The notes under the pieces: model-generated | Told to the model about the DNA's origin: nothing | Database searches by the model: none | What the model saw: only the letters and a program-made list of their open reading frames with translations | Source: Escherichia phage EC.W1-9 | DNA length: 40,616 nt | Sequence record: PP445227.1 | Strand: one strand, 5' to 3' | Program-made: the position numbers and the translations under genes | Shown here: in pieces, positions 1 through 9,105 of the stretch | Position numbering within the stretch: position 1 is the first letter of the stretch | Layout: each line of letters opens with the position of its first letter

Positions 1-164
1 GACTTAAACGCTACTACACCGGAAAAACATGTAAGCACGGACATGACAGTGAACGCTGGGTTTACAACGGACACTGTGTTGAGTGCACCATGGAATCAAA
101 CCGTCGTATCAGGGCAGAGATTAAGCAGATCATGATTAATTCCTCCCCACAACATTCAAGCTGA
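1..164 (+). CDS. 3' end of a small zinc-ribbon-like protein (5'-truncated at window edge)
   Basis: Open frame with codons starting at nt 3 (…YTGKTCKHGHDSERWVYNGHCVEC…), stop TGA 162-164; CxxH…CxxC spacing; followed by SD-like AGCGGAG and the ATG at 180. Confidence 0.4.
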   Translation, partial: LKRYYTGKTCKHGHDSERWVYNGHCVECTMESNRRIRAEIKQIMINSSPQHSS

Positions 165-179
165 TAGCGGAGATTAATC

Positions 180-995
180 ATGAGCAGACATGCAACAGAT
201 TGGGCCTGGGAGACAGATCCAGGTAGCTCATCATTAAAGCTCATACTGCTCTCGATGGCTGACAGAGCCGATGAATATAACCTCTGCTACCCCAGCATAG
301 AACGCCTCGTTAAAGACACTTGCCTGAATAAAAAAACCGTGCAGGCCGGGCTTATATCGCTCATGAAAATGGGGCTTATTTCAGATACCGGAGAGAGAAA
401 GGGAGCGACAAAAAGAGTGCGGGTTTTCTCTCTTAATATAACCAAAAACGGGAACATTAAAGGCAACCGGGAGGGGGGCAATGAACCCGAAAACGGTAAT
501 GTTACCGAAAACGGGAATATACCCAAAAACGGGATGTTGAATGATCCCAAAAACGGGATGTTGAATGATCCCAAAAACGGGATCCAGAACCAGTCATATA
601 ACCAGTCATTTAACCAAGAGAGGGAGAGCAGGACAAAAAGCGGGGATTCTGTGCCTCATGACCCCGGAGCAAACAACGCCGTGATGAATAACTTTGTTCC
701 TCCTGGTGGGCCAGGGCAATTAGGCAAATTTGTCATGCATGAACAATGGCAGCCATCAGATGACTTTCTTCGGAAAAGCTCATTGCAGGGGATCTACCTG
801 GACAGTCTGCCAACGGCACAGGAACTTGCAGAGTTCAGAATTTACTGGATGGCTGAGGGTAAGGCATACCATCAGGCACAGTGGGAGCAGAAGCTGGCAA
901 GGCGGCTGCAGATTAGCAGACAGAAGCAATCAACATTACCTGATAACAACGTTCCGCACTGGAACAGCCCTGAAGCATGGGAGGATTTCTTGTGA
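180..995 (+). CDS. Replication initiation protein, lambda O-like (N-terminal winged-helix DNA-binding domain, internal iteron-encoded repeats)
   Basis: 271-aa ORF; N-terminus LKLILLSMADRADEYNLCYPSIERL typical of phage replication initiators; middle encodes PKNGMLNDPKNG repeats from DNA iterons; lies directly upstream of a P-like gene. Confidence 0.75.
   Translation: MSRHATDWAWETDPGSSSLKLILLSMADRADEYNLCYPSIERLVKDTCLNKKTVQAGLISLMKMGLISDTGERKGATKRVRVFSLNITKNGNIKGNREGGNEPENGNVTENGNIPKNGMLNDPKNGMLNDPKNGIQNQSYNQSFNQERESRTKSGDSVPHDPGANNAVMNNFVPPGGPGQLGKFVMHEQWQPSDDFLRKSSLQGIYLDSLPTAQELAEFRIYWMAEGKAYHQAQWEQKLARRLQISRQKQSTLPDNNVPHWNSPEAWEDFL
441..615. repeat. Iteron array (candidate replication origin) inside the O-like gene
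   Basis: At least six direct repeats of core AAAACGG(G/T)A at 444, 489, 507, 525, 549, 573 (two exact 24-bp copies CCCAAAAACGGGATGTTGAATGAT), followed by duplicated ACCAGTCAT(A/T)TAAC. Confidence 0.65.
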
Positions 996-1777
996 ACAAC
1001 GTTTTTACCGCGATACAAAACCGTGACGGAGAAGCCCTTTCTCGCATGTCAGGTTATGAGCATCAGTACGTCAACAATGACAATGTGGTGAACATGTCAG
1101 CAGAGAGGCTTGTTGATGCCCTTTTTAAACAGCTGAAACAACTGTTTCCGGCGGCAGTGGTAACCAACCTGAAGACGCCAGAGCAGGAAGTTGCTGCAAA
1201 ACAGCAGTGGATTGCTGCGTTTGCCGAAGGGGGGATCCGAACCCGTGAACAGGTTTCTGCTGGTATGCGCCACGCCCGCGCCAGTGAATCTCCGTTCTGG
1301 CCGTCTCCAGGGCAATTTATCAAGTGGTGCAAAGACAGCAAGATGGTTCTTGGCGTCACCATTGACGATGTGATGGCGGAGTTTCACCGGTACAGCAAGG
1401 AAAAAAGTTTATATCCTGGTGGTCCCGAAAGATTCCCGTGGCGACATCCGGTTATGTACTGGGTCGTATGTGATACCCGCCGTGCAATGTATCAGCGCCA
1501 GCTTAGCGAGATTGAGGTTGAGAAACACGCACGCAGGCTGCTCGATGATTGGGCGAAAAAGGTGGCTTCCGGACAGCAGATACCCGATCCGGTGATCAGC
1601 ATACAGGCAAAGCCAGAGCCCATGAGTACGCCTCCGGACACAGGGAGAGACGTTTACCATCCACCAGGGCGAAGTTTCGGGTGCATGCCTAACGCCGCCA
1701 CCCTTGGGGGAATAACACCGGCGCAGTGGCTGATGGAGGAATACAGGCGGGGAAAGGCGGCAGGATTTATCAAGTAA
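992..1777 (+). CDS. P: Replication protein P-like (DnaB helicase loader)
   Basis: Segment GGIRTREQVSAGMRHARASESPFWPSPGQFIKWCKD closely parallels lambda P (NGITTMEQVNAGMRVARRQNRPFLPSPGQFVAWCRE); GTG at 992 overlaps the O stop (GTGA) with GGAGG 7 nt upstream. The track's ATG at 977 is an alternative start. Confidence 0.8.
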   Translation: MNNVFTAIQNRDGEALSRMSGYEHQYVNNDNVVNMSAERLVDALFKQLKQLFPAAVVTNLKTPEQEVAAKQQWIAAFAEGGIRTREQVSAGMRHARASESPFWPSPGQFIKWCKDSKMVLGVTIDDVMAEFHRYSKEKSLYPGGPERFPWRHPVMYWVVCDTRRAMYQRQLSEIEVEKHARRLLDDWAKKVASGQQIPDPVISIQAKPEPMSTPPDTGRDVYHPPGRSFGCMPNAATLGGITPAQWLMEEYRRGKAAGFIK

Positions 1778-1814
1778 TACCAGCGCGATAGCGCATTTTT
1801 TTACGTCTATATGA

Positions 1815-1829
1815 TTACCTGGAAGGTAA
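1815..1829. promoter_or_regulatory. Palindromic site TTACC-N5-GGTAA (ATTACCtggaaGGTAAT)
   Basis: Perfect inverted repeat in the P/DUF1064 intergenic region. Confidence 0.5.
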
Positions 1830-1876
1830 TAAAATGTTCTAATCTCTATTGATTTCATGTCTTATGTGGTTTTTAA

Positions 1877-1891
1877 TTACCTAAGGGGTAA
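1877..1891. promoter_or_regulatory. Palindromic site TTACC-N5-GGTAA
   Basis: TTACCtaaggGGTAA overlapping the SD region of the gene starting at 1895. Confidence 0.5.
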
Positions 1892-1894
1892 ATC

Positions 1895-2242
1895 ATGAGA
1901 AAACAGATACAGGCTCTTGGTCGACTCAAAACAGGCCAGATGAACAAAACAGAATCTGCGTATTGCCAGCACCTTGAGCTGCGTAAACGTGCAGGGGAAA
2001 TCGCCTGGTATCGATTCGAGGGTATCAAGCTGCGGTTAGCTAATAACACGTTCTATACGCCCGATTTCGCTGTGATGCTCGCCACCGGCGAGATGGAGCT
2101 GCACGAAGTGAAAGGGGGATTCTGGACCGATGACGCCAGAGTGAAAACCAAAGTCGCCGCAGATCAGTATCCGTTCCGAATCATCGGGGTAACGGTTAAA
2201 CCAAAGAAAGCAGGTGGTGGCTGGAACATCGAAGAGTTCTGA
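1895..2242 (+). CDS. DUF1064-family phage protein
   Basis: 115-aa ORF with good SD (AAGGGG); sequence style of the DUF1064 proteins that follow replication genes in lambdoid phages (recalled, not searched). Confidence 0.6.
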   Translation: MRKQIQALGRLKTGQMNKTESAYCQHLELRKRAGEIAWYRFEGIKLRLANNTFYTPDFAVMLATGEMELHEVKGGFWTDDARVKTKVAADQYPFRIIGVTVKPKKAGGGWNIEEF

Positions 2243-2303
2243 ATCGACGATCTATTTAGTTATCAATGTAATCAATAAGTTATGTGGATAAGCGAGGGTA
2301 AAG

Positions 2304-2783
2304 ATGGAAAGTAATATCAAAGGGTTAGTTGCCGCCGGGCATGAGATGGCTTCGGAACTGAAAGCAGAATGTGGTGCCGTTGATATGCGCAGTGTGGCAA
2401 AGCTGATCAGCGATTTGGCAACGCAACTGGAAGTGCAACTGGTGCGTGCTAATGCGCTGGCGGCGGAGAGTGCGGCAATGCATGAAACTATTGAAGCCGT
2501 TCGGAGTGTTGCGGATAACTCCAGTGGAATTGCCGGATGGCATTTGAATGGCGATATCGCTACATGGGAAGAGATTCTTCCTGAAATTAACGATATCGAA
2601 ACTCCAGCCACCGATGCTTTCCTGGCTGAAGTACGTGCGCAGGCGTTTAATGACCTTTGCTCGGCGTTCGTTAAACACGCGAATCTCGCGGGAATGGATG
2701 ATGGTGAGCTAGTGAGGCTTAAATATGCGACGGACGCCCTGCTGCATTGTGCGGAACAGCTTCGCAAAGGAGGCAACCAGTGA
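2304..2783 (+). CDS. Hypothetical protein (nin-region-like)
   Basis: 159-aa ORF, SD GAGGG upstream, same strand as the operon. Confidence 0.55.
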   Translation: MESNIKGLVAAGHEMASELKAECGAVDMRSVAKLISDLATQLEVQLVRANALAAESAAMHETIEAVRSVADNSSGIAGWHLNGDIATWEEILPEINDIETPATDAFLAEVRAQAFNDLCSAFVKHANLAGMDDGELVRLKYATDALLHCAEQLRKGGNQ

Positions 2784-3325
2784 GTGTAACGGTTGAAAAG
2801 ATTGATGTGTTGTCATTCGTTATAACCGGTGCAGAGAGACTAGATCCGGTTCGAGTGATGATTGAAAACTATGAACCTGGAAAGGGAAGAATCACCATCA
2901 CCTGCTACGGAAAAGCGTGGACTGCGGCTTGGTTTGCTATGGGCGGTGATGATGTGCAGACGTTCATTAAGCGAGTCAGCAACGACTATCTAATCGACAA
3001 TTTCGACCCTCAACTGCGAAGCACGGTCGACGATGACAACGATGCAAATCTGCTTTTCGTGAAGTCAGAAATCATAAAGTTACGAAGAGAGAGAGAAATC
3101 GACGCCGTACTGGCTCGCGAAATGTGGTACGAGGCGGAAAACGCCGATGACGTAAAAGAAAGCTGCTGCTGTTTCGGCGTCGGTAACAAACTACTGAATC
3201 TCTTTGGTGATGAGCCGTGGTATGCCAACTGGCCAACGATACCAAACCCGAAATACCAGTATCTGGAACGCGTACTTAATGCAGTGAGAGACGGTCTTAA
3301 GCAAATAGAGAAGGTGGAACCATGA
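2780..3325 (+). CDS. Hypothetical protein
   Basis: GTG at 2780 preceded by AAGGAGG and overlapping the upstream stop; the track ORF begins earlier at 2747. Confidence 0.5.
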   Translation: MSVTVEKIDVLSFVITGAERLDPVRVMIENYEPGKGRITITCYGKAWTAAWFAMGGDDVQTFIKRVSNDYLIDNFDPQLRSTVDDDNDANLLFVKSEIIKLRREREIDAVLAREMWYEAENADDVKESCCCFGVGNKLLNLFGDEPWYANWPTIPNPKYQYLERVLNAVRDGLKQIEKVEP

Positions 3326-3621
3326 CTGTATGTCTTATTGATAAACGTCGACGTGGGCAACAAATACCATCTGTTGAAATGCCGAATCACACATGGTTTT
3401 GCGTACTTGATATCGATGGCATGGATAAGTTTGTTGACACTCGTCATTACTGCGATACCGCAACAGCTACTCCGGCGAAAGCAAAGAAAATGGCTGCTCT
3501 GATAGAAAACTGGACTCCACCTGATGGTTGGTGCAATGGGAATGATCGGGATTGGCATGAAAAAATGAAGGGCTATATCTGCGATTTTTTACGTAAATGC
3601 AACGGATTCAGGGTGATGTGA
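3322..3621 (+). CDS. Hypothetical protein
   Basis: ATG overlaps upstream stop (translational coupling), SD AAGGTGG. Confidence 0.5.
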   Translation: MTVCLIDKRRRGQQIPSVEMPNHTWFCVLDIDGMDKFVDTRHYCDTATATPAKAKKMAALIENWTPPDGWCNGNDRDWHEKMKGYICDFLRKCNGFRVM

Positions 3622-3622
3622 C

Positions 3623-4387
3623 ATGAGCAAGATTGACTATCAGGCACTGCGTGCCAAGGCAGAAAAAGCAACGTGTGGTGTATGGTCGCTCGAATATGGA
3701 GAGAGCCGATTTGATGGTGATGATGCGCTAATTCATCGTGAAGTTGCTGGATATATTCCTATTTGCAGAATTGAAGGAGCGCATCCAGAAAGCGGTTTCG
3801 ATGAAGATTTCCAAATGGAACAGCAGGCCAATGCTGAATTCATCGCCGCAGCCAGTCCATCTACCGTGCTGGCACTGCTGGATGAACGGGAAAGAAACCA
3901 GCAATACATCAAACACCGTGACCAGGAGAACGAGGATATTGCGCTAACGGTAGGGAAGCTGCGTGTTGAGCTTGAGGAAGCAAAATCAAAACTCAACGAG
4001 CAACGCGAGTATTACGAAGGTGTTATCTCGGATGGAAGTAAGCGTATTGCTGAACTGGAGAAAAGCGAAGAGCAACTCATTAACGAGCGTGACCATGCTG
4101 AGTCTGCTTTAGCTGATATGTATTTTGCAGCAACCGGGGATAGGCCTGAGTGGAGTAACTGGTTCGGTTTTTCAGATGCAGTAGATGCCGTAGTTGACAG
4201 AATTGCTGATTTAGAAGCTAAACAGCCATCGCCAGTAGTACCTGAAGGACTGATTAAAGCGGTGCGTTTTTATGAGCAGGTAAAACGTGAGAACCCGCCA
4301 GTCGAAACCGGAGCATGGAAAGACGCTGTTGACTGGGTGCTCAAAGAGGCTTGCCAGGCTGTAAACATTGGCATCAAAGGAGAGTGA
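3623..4387 (+). CDS. Ead/Ea22-like protein
   Basis: 254 aa, acidic coiled-coil centre, sequence style of lambdoid Ead/Ea22 family proteins (recalled). Confidence 0.55.
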   Translation: MSKIDYQALRAKAEKATCGVWSLEYGESRFDGDDALIHREVAGYIPICRIEGAHPESGFDEDFQMEQQANAEFIAAASPSTVLALLDERERNQQYIKHRDQENEDIALTVGKLRVELEEAKSKLNEQREYYEGVISDGSKRIAELEKSEEQLINERDHAESALADMYFAATGDRPEWSNWFGFSDAVDAVVDRIADLEAKQPSPVVPEGLIKAVRFYEQVKRENPPVETGAWKDAVDWVLKEACQAVNIGIKGE

Positions 4388-4388
4388 T

Positions 4389-4904
4389 ATGGCGTTAACA
4401 CACCGCGAACTCTGTCAGATTGCGTACAAGTTCCTTAAGCGCAACGGGTTCAAGGTTTGTTTTCATGACCGCTTTATAGCTGTAACCAGTACCGGAGAAC
4501 AGCCAGATGCTATGGGATTCAGAAATTCAGCATCATGCCTGATAGAGGCGAAGTGTTCTCGTGCTGACTTGTTGGCAGATAGAAAAAAGCGTTTTCGTAA
4601 AAATCCGTCTCTTGGAATGGGCGACTGGCGATTCTTTATTAGTGAGCCAGGAATTATTTCAATTGAGGATTTACCACCTGGCTGGGGATTACTTCACGTT
4701 GTTAACGGAAGAGTACGGAAAGTACATGGGTGGCCCAAGGGTAATTGCTGTTGGGGTAATCCTGACGATAAGCCATTTACTGGAAATAAGCAGGTTGAAT
4801 GCGATTACATGTTATCTGCATTAAGGCGCATGGAGTTGAGAGGGCACCTTAATGAAATATATGACGGTGTAATTGTTAATAAGAAAGAAGGAAACGCAGC
4901 ATGA
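4389..4904 (+). CDS. Putative PD-(D/E)xK-type nuclease
   Basis: ATG at 4389 after AAGGAGAG; motif QPDAMGF…CLIEAK fits the D…E-x-K catalytic spacing. Confidence 0.45.
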   Translation: MALTHRELCQIAYKFLKRNGFKVCFHDRFIAVTSTGEQPDAMGFRNSASCLIEAKCSRADLLADRKKRFRKNPSLGMGDWRFFISEPGIISIEDLPPGWGLLHVVNGRVRKVHGWPKGNCCWGNPDDKPFTGNKQVECDYMLSALRRMELRGHLNEIYDGVIVNKKEGNAA

Positions 4905-5830
4905 TCACTATTACCAAAGAACGCCTGCTGACAATCCAGCAGTGGCGCGAAACATACGGACCTGGTAGCAACGTTGTACTGCCAGCAGAAGAAGCGGAAG
5001 AACTGGCACGAATTGCTCTGGCATCGCTGGAGCAGAATGCACTATCTGGCAACTCTCGGCTTATTCCTGGTGAAGTGTTGTCCGCAATCCGGGAGGTTGC
5101 CAAGATTCGTGCCGATTTCGATGATTTTGACGGTGACAGGCGAGGTATCGGTGATTGTCTGGATGAGGCCGAGCAAGAGCTTATCGTTACCATTAACAAA
5201 TATGCCAGTCAGTTGGCAGCAGAACCGATAGCGACTAATGACGTTCGAGAGCAGCAGACAGCCGTTCCGCCAGTTCCGGAAATACAGGATGATGTCGCGC
5301 AAGCAATTGAAAATCTCAAGCAGAAGTTAGTGGAATGCAATCGCTATAACTACTGCGCAGATGCAGTTAAAGGCGTAGAGGATGCCTGCCACGCTGCCAT
5401 GCTTCATAGTGCCGAACCTGCAAGTAATCATGAAGAGTTGCCGCTTGATTATCTCCAAGGTCAAAAAGATGGTCTTGAATGGGCTGCGCAGCTTGCAGAA
5501 GCAAATCACCCACAAACTGGCGACTGGCTTTACGATGACCCGCTGGAGGTGGCTAAAGCTATCAGAAAAGGTCCTGACATGCCCGAATTCGATGGACCAA
5601 CTCCGGCAACTCCGGATGGTTGGATAAGCTGTAGTGAGCGAATGCCGAACGATAAACAGTATGTTTGGTGTTGGGGTAAGTCTTACGGCTGGACTGAGTG
5701 CGATACCTTCGAAGGGTATTACGATTGGTCGAGAAACAAATGGTGGGCAGTTACTGACGATGGGGAAGAACCGGCATCGAAAGTAACCCACTGGATGCCG
5801 CTACCAGAACCGCCGCAGGAGGTGAAGTGA
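4901..5830 (+). CDS. DUF551-domain phage protein
   Basis: 309 aa; C-terminal DGWISCSERMP…THWMPLPEPP resembles the DUF551 signature (recalled). Confidence 0.55.
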   Translation: MITITKERLLTIQQWRETYGPGSNVVLPAEEAEELARIALASLEQNALSGNSRLIPGEVLSAIREVAKIRADFDDFDGDRRGIGDCLDEAEQELIVTINKYASQLAAEPIATNDVREQQTAVPPVPEIQDDVAQAIENLKQKLVECNRYNYCADAVKGVEDACHAAMLHSAEPASNHEELPLDYLQGQKDGLEWAAQLAEANHPQTGDWLYDDPLEVAKAIRKGPDMPEFDGPTPATPDGWISCSERMPNDKQYVWCWGKSYGWTECDTFEGYYDWSRNKWWAVTDDGEEPASKVTHWMPLPEPPQEVK

Positions 5831-5952
5831 TGAACAAGTGCAACGCTCTGCTTTATGCCATGGTGATTGGTTTCGGCCTGGTTGCTGGTATCCGGGTTTA
5901 TATTACCTGGGAGTCATTAATCAATCTGGCGTGGAGTGCGATTCGTGGCTAA
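5830..5952 (+). CDS. Small hydrophobic protein (40 aa), not in the ORF track
   Basis: ATG overlaps upstream stop (TGATG), GGAGGTGA SD; translation MNKCNALLYAMVIGFGLVAGIRVYITWESLINLAWSAIRG has one predicted TM helix. Confidence 0.45.
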   Translation: MNKCNALLYAMVIGFGLVAGIRVYITWESLINLAWSAIRG

Positions 5953-6247
5953 ATCCCCCGCAGAACGCAAAGCCGCGCAGCGCGCTCGGCAGTCCGCCGC
6001 CGGTGAGCGCAAAATTGAACTGGTGCTGGATAAGCAGGAGCAGGAAATGCTGGCGCGGAACTGCGCCGCCCGGCGCCCTGGTCGCGATCCCTATGAAATG
6101 GCCGAGTACATCGCGCTGCTGATCCGCCAGGATGATGCACGTGTGCGCGGGCGTATAAAATCGATCAGCAGAAACTTTGCGGTAAGTGCGGCGAGAGAGT
6201 TCCCGTTAATTCATGCCCGTGTAATGGTGACTCGCAATGCTGGGTGA
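5936..6247 (+). CDS. Hypothetical basic protein in a locally GC-rich segment
   Basis: 103-aa ORF from GTG; Arg/Ala-rich; start uncertain and overlaps the small ORF. Confidence 0.35.
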   Translation: MRFVAKSPAERKAAQRARQSAAGERKIELVLDKQEQEMLARNCAARRPGRDPYEMAEYIALLIRQDDARVRGRIKSISRNFAVSAAREFPLIHARVMVTRNAG

Positions 6248-6331
6248 CTAAAGGCTGGCATGAAACGAAATTAATAGTGTGACATGTCACGAGTAGATTA
6301 TGCATGATGAATTTGATGGGTTTTGAATACT

Positions 6332-6358
6332 GCCGCCAACTATGGCGGCTTTATTTTG
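6332..6358 (+). terminator. Rho-independent terminator-like hairpin upstream of the terminase genes
   Basis: GCCGCC-aactat-GGCGGC followed by TTTATTTTG. Confidence 0.55.
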
Positions 6359-6368
6359 CATGGTACTA

Positions 6369-6383
6369 TTACCACAACGGTAA
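6369..6383. promoter_or_regulatory. Palindromic site TTACC-N5-GGTAA
   Basis: TTACCacaacGGTAA; a weaker second copy TTACCatggtGGTTA at 6387-6401. Confidence 0.45.
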
Positions 6384-6400
6384 CAATTACCATGGTGGTT

Positions 6401-6997
6401 ATGATGCCTGCTGAACCTAAAACCTATAAACGCAAATCAACGCAATTTAAGCCACTAACCGCAATGCAGGAGGCTTATTGCCAGTCATACATCAAAACGC
6501 CTGAAAACCAGACTCAGGCAGCGATTAACGCAGGATTCTCCCCAAATACAGCGGCAGTTAAAGCCAGTGTCATGATGCGCGATGAACGCATTCAAAAACG
6601 GATTGCCGAGTTGATGGAGGAGCGCAACAAACGAATGCGCGTCAGTGCCGATTACGTTCTCATGCGCCTGGTGGAGATCGACCAGATGGACGTGATTGAT
6701 ATCCTCAATGACGATGGGAGCCTTAAGCCAATCCGCGAGTGGCCGAAAATCTGGCGCACTACGCTTAGTGGCTTTGATCTGTCATCGACCATCATGAACA
6801 TGAACGAGGATTCGATAGAGACAATTCTCAAAAAAATTAAATGGCCTGACAAGGTGAAGAACCTCGAACTGATTGGTAAGCACGTCGACGTCAATGCATT
6901 CAAAGAACGCCTGGATGTTAATGTGAATGTGACAATTGCTGATCGCATAGCGGCAGCCAGGAAGCGACTCAAAGAACGTCAGGATGGTAATCAGTGA
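6401..6997 (+). CDS. Terminase small subunit
   Basis: AYCQSYIKTPENQTQAAINAGFSPNTAAVKAS region typical of phage small terminase; directly upstream of the large terminase. Start taken at the ATG at 6401 rather than the TTG at 6323. Confidence 0.7.
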   Translation: MMPAEPKTYKRKSTQFKPLTAMQEAYCQSYIKTPENQTQAAINAGFSPNTAAVKASVMMRDERIQKRIAELMEERNKRMRVSADYVLMRLVEIDQMDVIDILNDDGSLKPIREWPKIWRTTLSGFDLSSTIMNMNEDSIETILKKIKWPDKVKNLELIGKHVDVNAFKERLDVNVNVTIADRIAAARKRLKERQDGNQ

Positions 6998-8463
6998 CAG
7001 ATACAGCGTTATCTCCTGAAGAGCAGTTGATCGAGGATATTGCAGGGTTCACTCACGATCCGCTTGGCTATGCCCTCTATGCGTTCCCGTGGGGGGAAGA
7101 GGGGACTGAACTGGCACATGCTACCGGCCCACGTCAGTGGCAGGCTGATGCGTTCCGAGAGATACGTGATCACCTGCAGAATCCAGAGACGCGCTATCAG
7201 CCGCTTATGCTGGCACGCGCTTCTGGTCACGGTATTGGTAAATCCGCATTCATCTCAATGCTGATCAACTGGGGCATGTCCACTTGCGAGGATTGTAAGG
7301 TCGTGGTGACCGCCAACACCGACAACCAGCTACGAACGAAGACCTGGCCGGAAATTATCAAGTGGTCGAACCTTGCTATCACGAAAGACTGGTTTACCTG
7401 TACCGCTACTGCGATGTACAGCAATGATCCTGGGCACGACAAGCGGTGGCGAGCTGACGCAATCCCCTGGTCTGAGCACAACACTGAGGCATTCGCCGGA
7501 CTACACAACGAGCGCAAACGCATCATCGTGGTATTCGATGAAGCGTCGAACATTGCGGATCTGGTGTGGGAAGTTGCTGAGGGTGCGCTTACGGACGAAG
7601 ACACTGAGATTATCTGGGTGGCGTTCGGAAACCCTACACGTAATACCGGGCGTTTTCGCGAATGTTTCCGCAAATACAAACACCGCTGGAAAACTGCGCA
7701 GATTGACAGCCGGACGGTGGAAGGTACTAACAAACAGCAGTTGCAGAAATGGGTTGATGACTACGGGGAAGACAGCGACTTCGTTAAAATCCGTGTGCGC
7801 GGCATATTCCCTGATGCATCTGAATTGCAGTTTATCCCTACCGGTCTTACTGATGAGGCAATGAAACGGGTGGTAACCGCTGCGCAGGTTGCACATGCTC
7901 CGGTGATAATCGGCGTTGACCCGGCATACTCCGGAGTTGATGACGCTGTGATATACCTGCGGCAGGGGCTGCACAGTAAGGTGCTGTGGACTGGCAACAA
8001 GACCACTGACGATCTGATAATGGCGAAGCGTATCGCTGACTTTGAAGACCAGTACCAGGCTGACGCAGTGTTCATCGACTTCGGTTACGGAACTGGTCTG
8101 AAGTCAATCGGTGACGGCTGGGGTCGTACATGGCAACTTGTTCCGTTCGGTGGCGCGTCTACTGACCCGCAGATGCTCAACAAGCGTGGGGAGATGTTCA
8201 ACTCATGCAAGACATGGCTGAGGCTGGGCGGGATGCTGGATGACCAGGAAACAGCAGACGACCTGTCGACGGCAGAGTACAAAGTTCGCGTGGACGGTAA
8301 AATCGTTATCGAACCGAAGGAAGATATCAAAGAGCGACTTGGGCGTTCGCCGGGTAAAGGTGATGCGCTGCTGCTAACGTTCGCCTTCCCGGTAGCCAAG
8401 AAAACTAATGACCCACGGCAGCAGCAGGGGAAAGCTATTACTGAGTACGATCCGTTTTCATAA
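6994..8463 (+). CDS. Terminase large subunit
   Basis: 489 aa; Walker A-like ARASGHGIGKSAF; acidic nuclease-type C-terminal half; GTG start overlaps the small-subunit stop. Confidence 0.8.
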   Translation: MTDTALSPEEQLIEDIAGFTHDPLGYALYAFPWGEEGTELAHATGPRQWQADAFREIRDHLQNPETRYQPLMLARASGHGIGKSAFISMLINWGMSTCEDCKVVVTANTDNQLRTKTWPEIIKWSNLAITKDWFTCTATAMYSNDPGHDKRWRADAIPWSEHNTEAFAGLHNERKRIIVVFDEASNIADLVWEVAEGALTDEDTEIIWVAFGNPTRNTGRFRECFRKYKHRWKTAQIDSRTVEGTNKQQLQKWVDDYGEDSDFVKIRVRGIFPDASELQFIPTGLTDEAMKRVVTAAQVAHAPVIIGVDPAYSGVDDAVIYLRQGLHSKVLWTGNKTTDDLIMAKRIADFEDQYQADAVFIDFGYGTGLKSIGDGWGRTWQLVPFGGASTDPQMLNKRGEMFNSCKTWLRLGGMLDDQETADDLSTAEYKVRVDGKIVIEPKEDIKERLGRSPGKGDALLLTFAFPVAKKTNDPRQQQGKAITEYDPFS

Positions 8464-8467
8464 AGTT

Positions 8468-9073
8468 TTAAGCAGCATTGTCTGTGTTGCGATTGTTCCT
8501 TGAGTTAAACTTATTTGCAATTCTGGTATTGGATTTTATTTTTTCTTCTGCAAGTTCTTTTTCAAGCGCCATTATTTTTTCAATAAGGGAATCTCTTTCC
8601 TGCAAAAAAGAATTCAAAGACTCTTGGTGCTTGATTAAATCATTTTTATAGAATTGAATCTCAGACTCAAACTCAACCTTAACTCTGTCGTATGTAATGT
8701 CCCTTTGTGCCTCAAGCTTACGCAATTCTATGGCGTTTTTAACATCCCTGAGGCTTTTGTTGTGTTTGAAGTTATCGATGTTCTGTAGTGGAATTTTTTG
8801 AAACATCACCACTATATTGTTAAACCATGGAACTATTACACACAGCGCGAATGCACATAAAGCTGGATATAAGAGTGAGTGGTACGCATCACTATGGGAA
8901 GATATATAATTTATTTTTTCTTCAATTCCTGACTTACTGAAGAATAAAAATAATAGTGGATTCCAGTTAAAAGAACACCACGAAAACACAAATGCCCCAA
9001 GTGCTGGGTTGCGGACTCTCTCTGACGCTGTGCTAATAGCCGATGATGCGATCTCTTTAAATTGCTCGAACAT
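8468..9073 (-). CDS. Accessory (moron) membrane protein with C-terminal coiled coil
   Basis: 201-aa ORF on the opposite strand to the late operon, visibly AT-rich; two hydrophobic helices then a Lys/Glu-rich heptad region; palindromic site 33 bp upstream. Confidence 0.6.
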   Translation of the reverse strand: MFEQFKEIASSAISTASERVRNPALGAFVFSWCSFNWNPLLFLFFSKSGIEEKINYISSHSDAYHSLLYPALCAFALCVIVPWFNNIVVMFQKIPLQNIDNFKHNKSLRDVKNAIELRKLEAQRDITYDRVKVEFESEIQFYKNDLIKHQESLNSFLQERDSLIEKIMALEKELAEEKIKSNTRIANKFNSRNNRNTDNAA

Positions 9074-9105
9074 GTCTAAACCAGATGTTAAATGTTTTTG
9101 TTATC

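Noticed and set aside
730-1026. Alternative-frame ORF inside the O-like gene
   Set aside because: Wholly nested in a well-supported gene in another frame; Cys/Arg-rich shadow translation.
2252-2776. 174-aa minus-strand ORF antisense to the 2304-2783 gene
   Set aside because: Antisense shadow ORF with Ser/Ala-rich low-complexity translation; the sense ORF has an SD and operon context.
5838-6122. 94-aa plus-strand ORF overlapping the small hydrophobic ORF and the GC-rich ORF
   Set aside because: Cys/Trp/Pro-rich improbable translation in a third frame; likely a shadow of the GC-rich segment.
7227-8399. Several minus-strand and alternate-frame ORFs inside the large terminase gene
   Set aside because: All overlap a gene with a clear Walker A motif and coupling; typical shadow ORFs.
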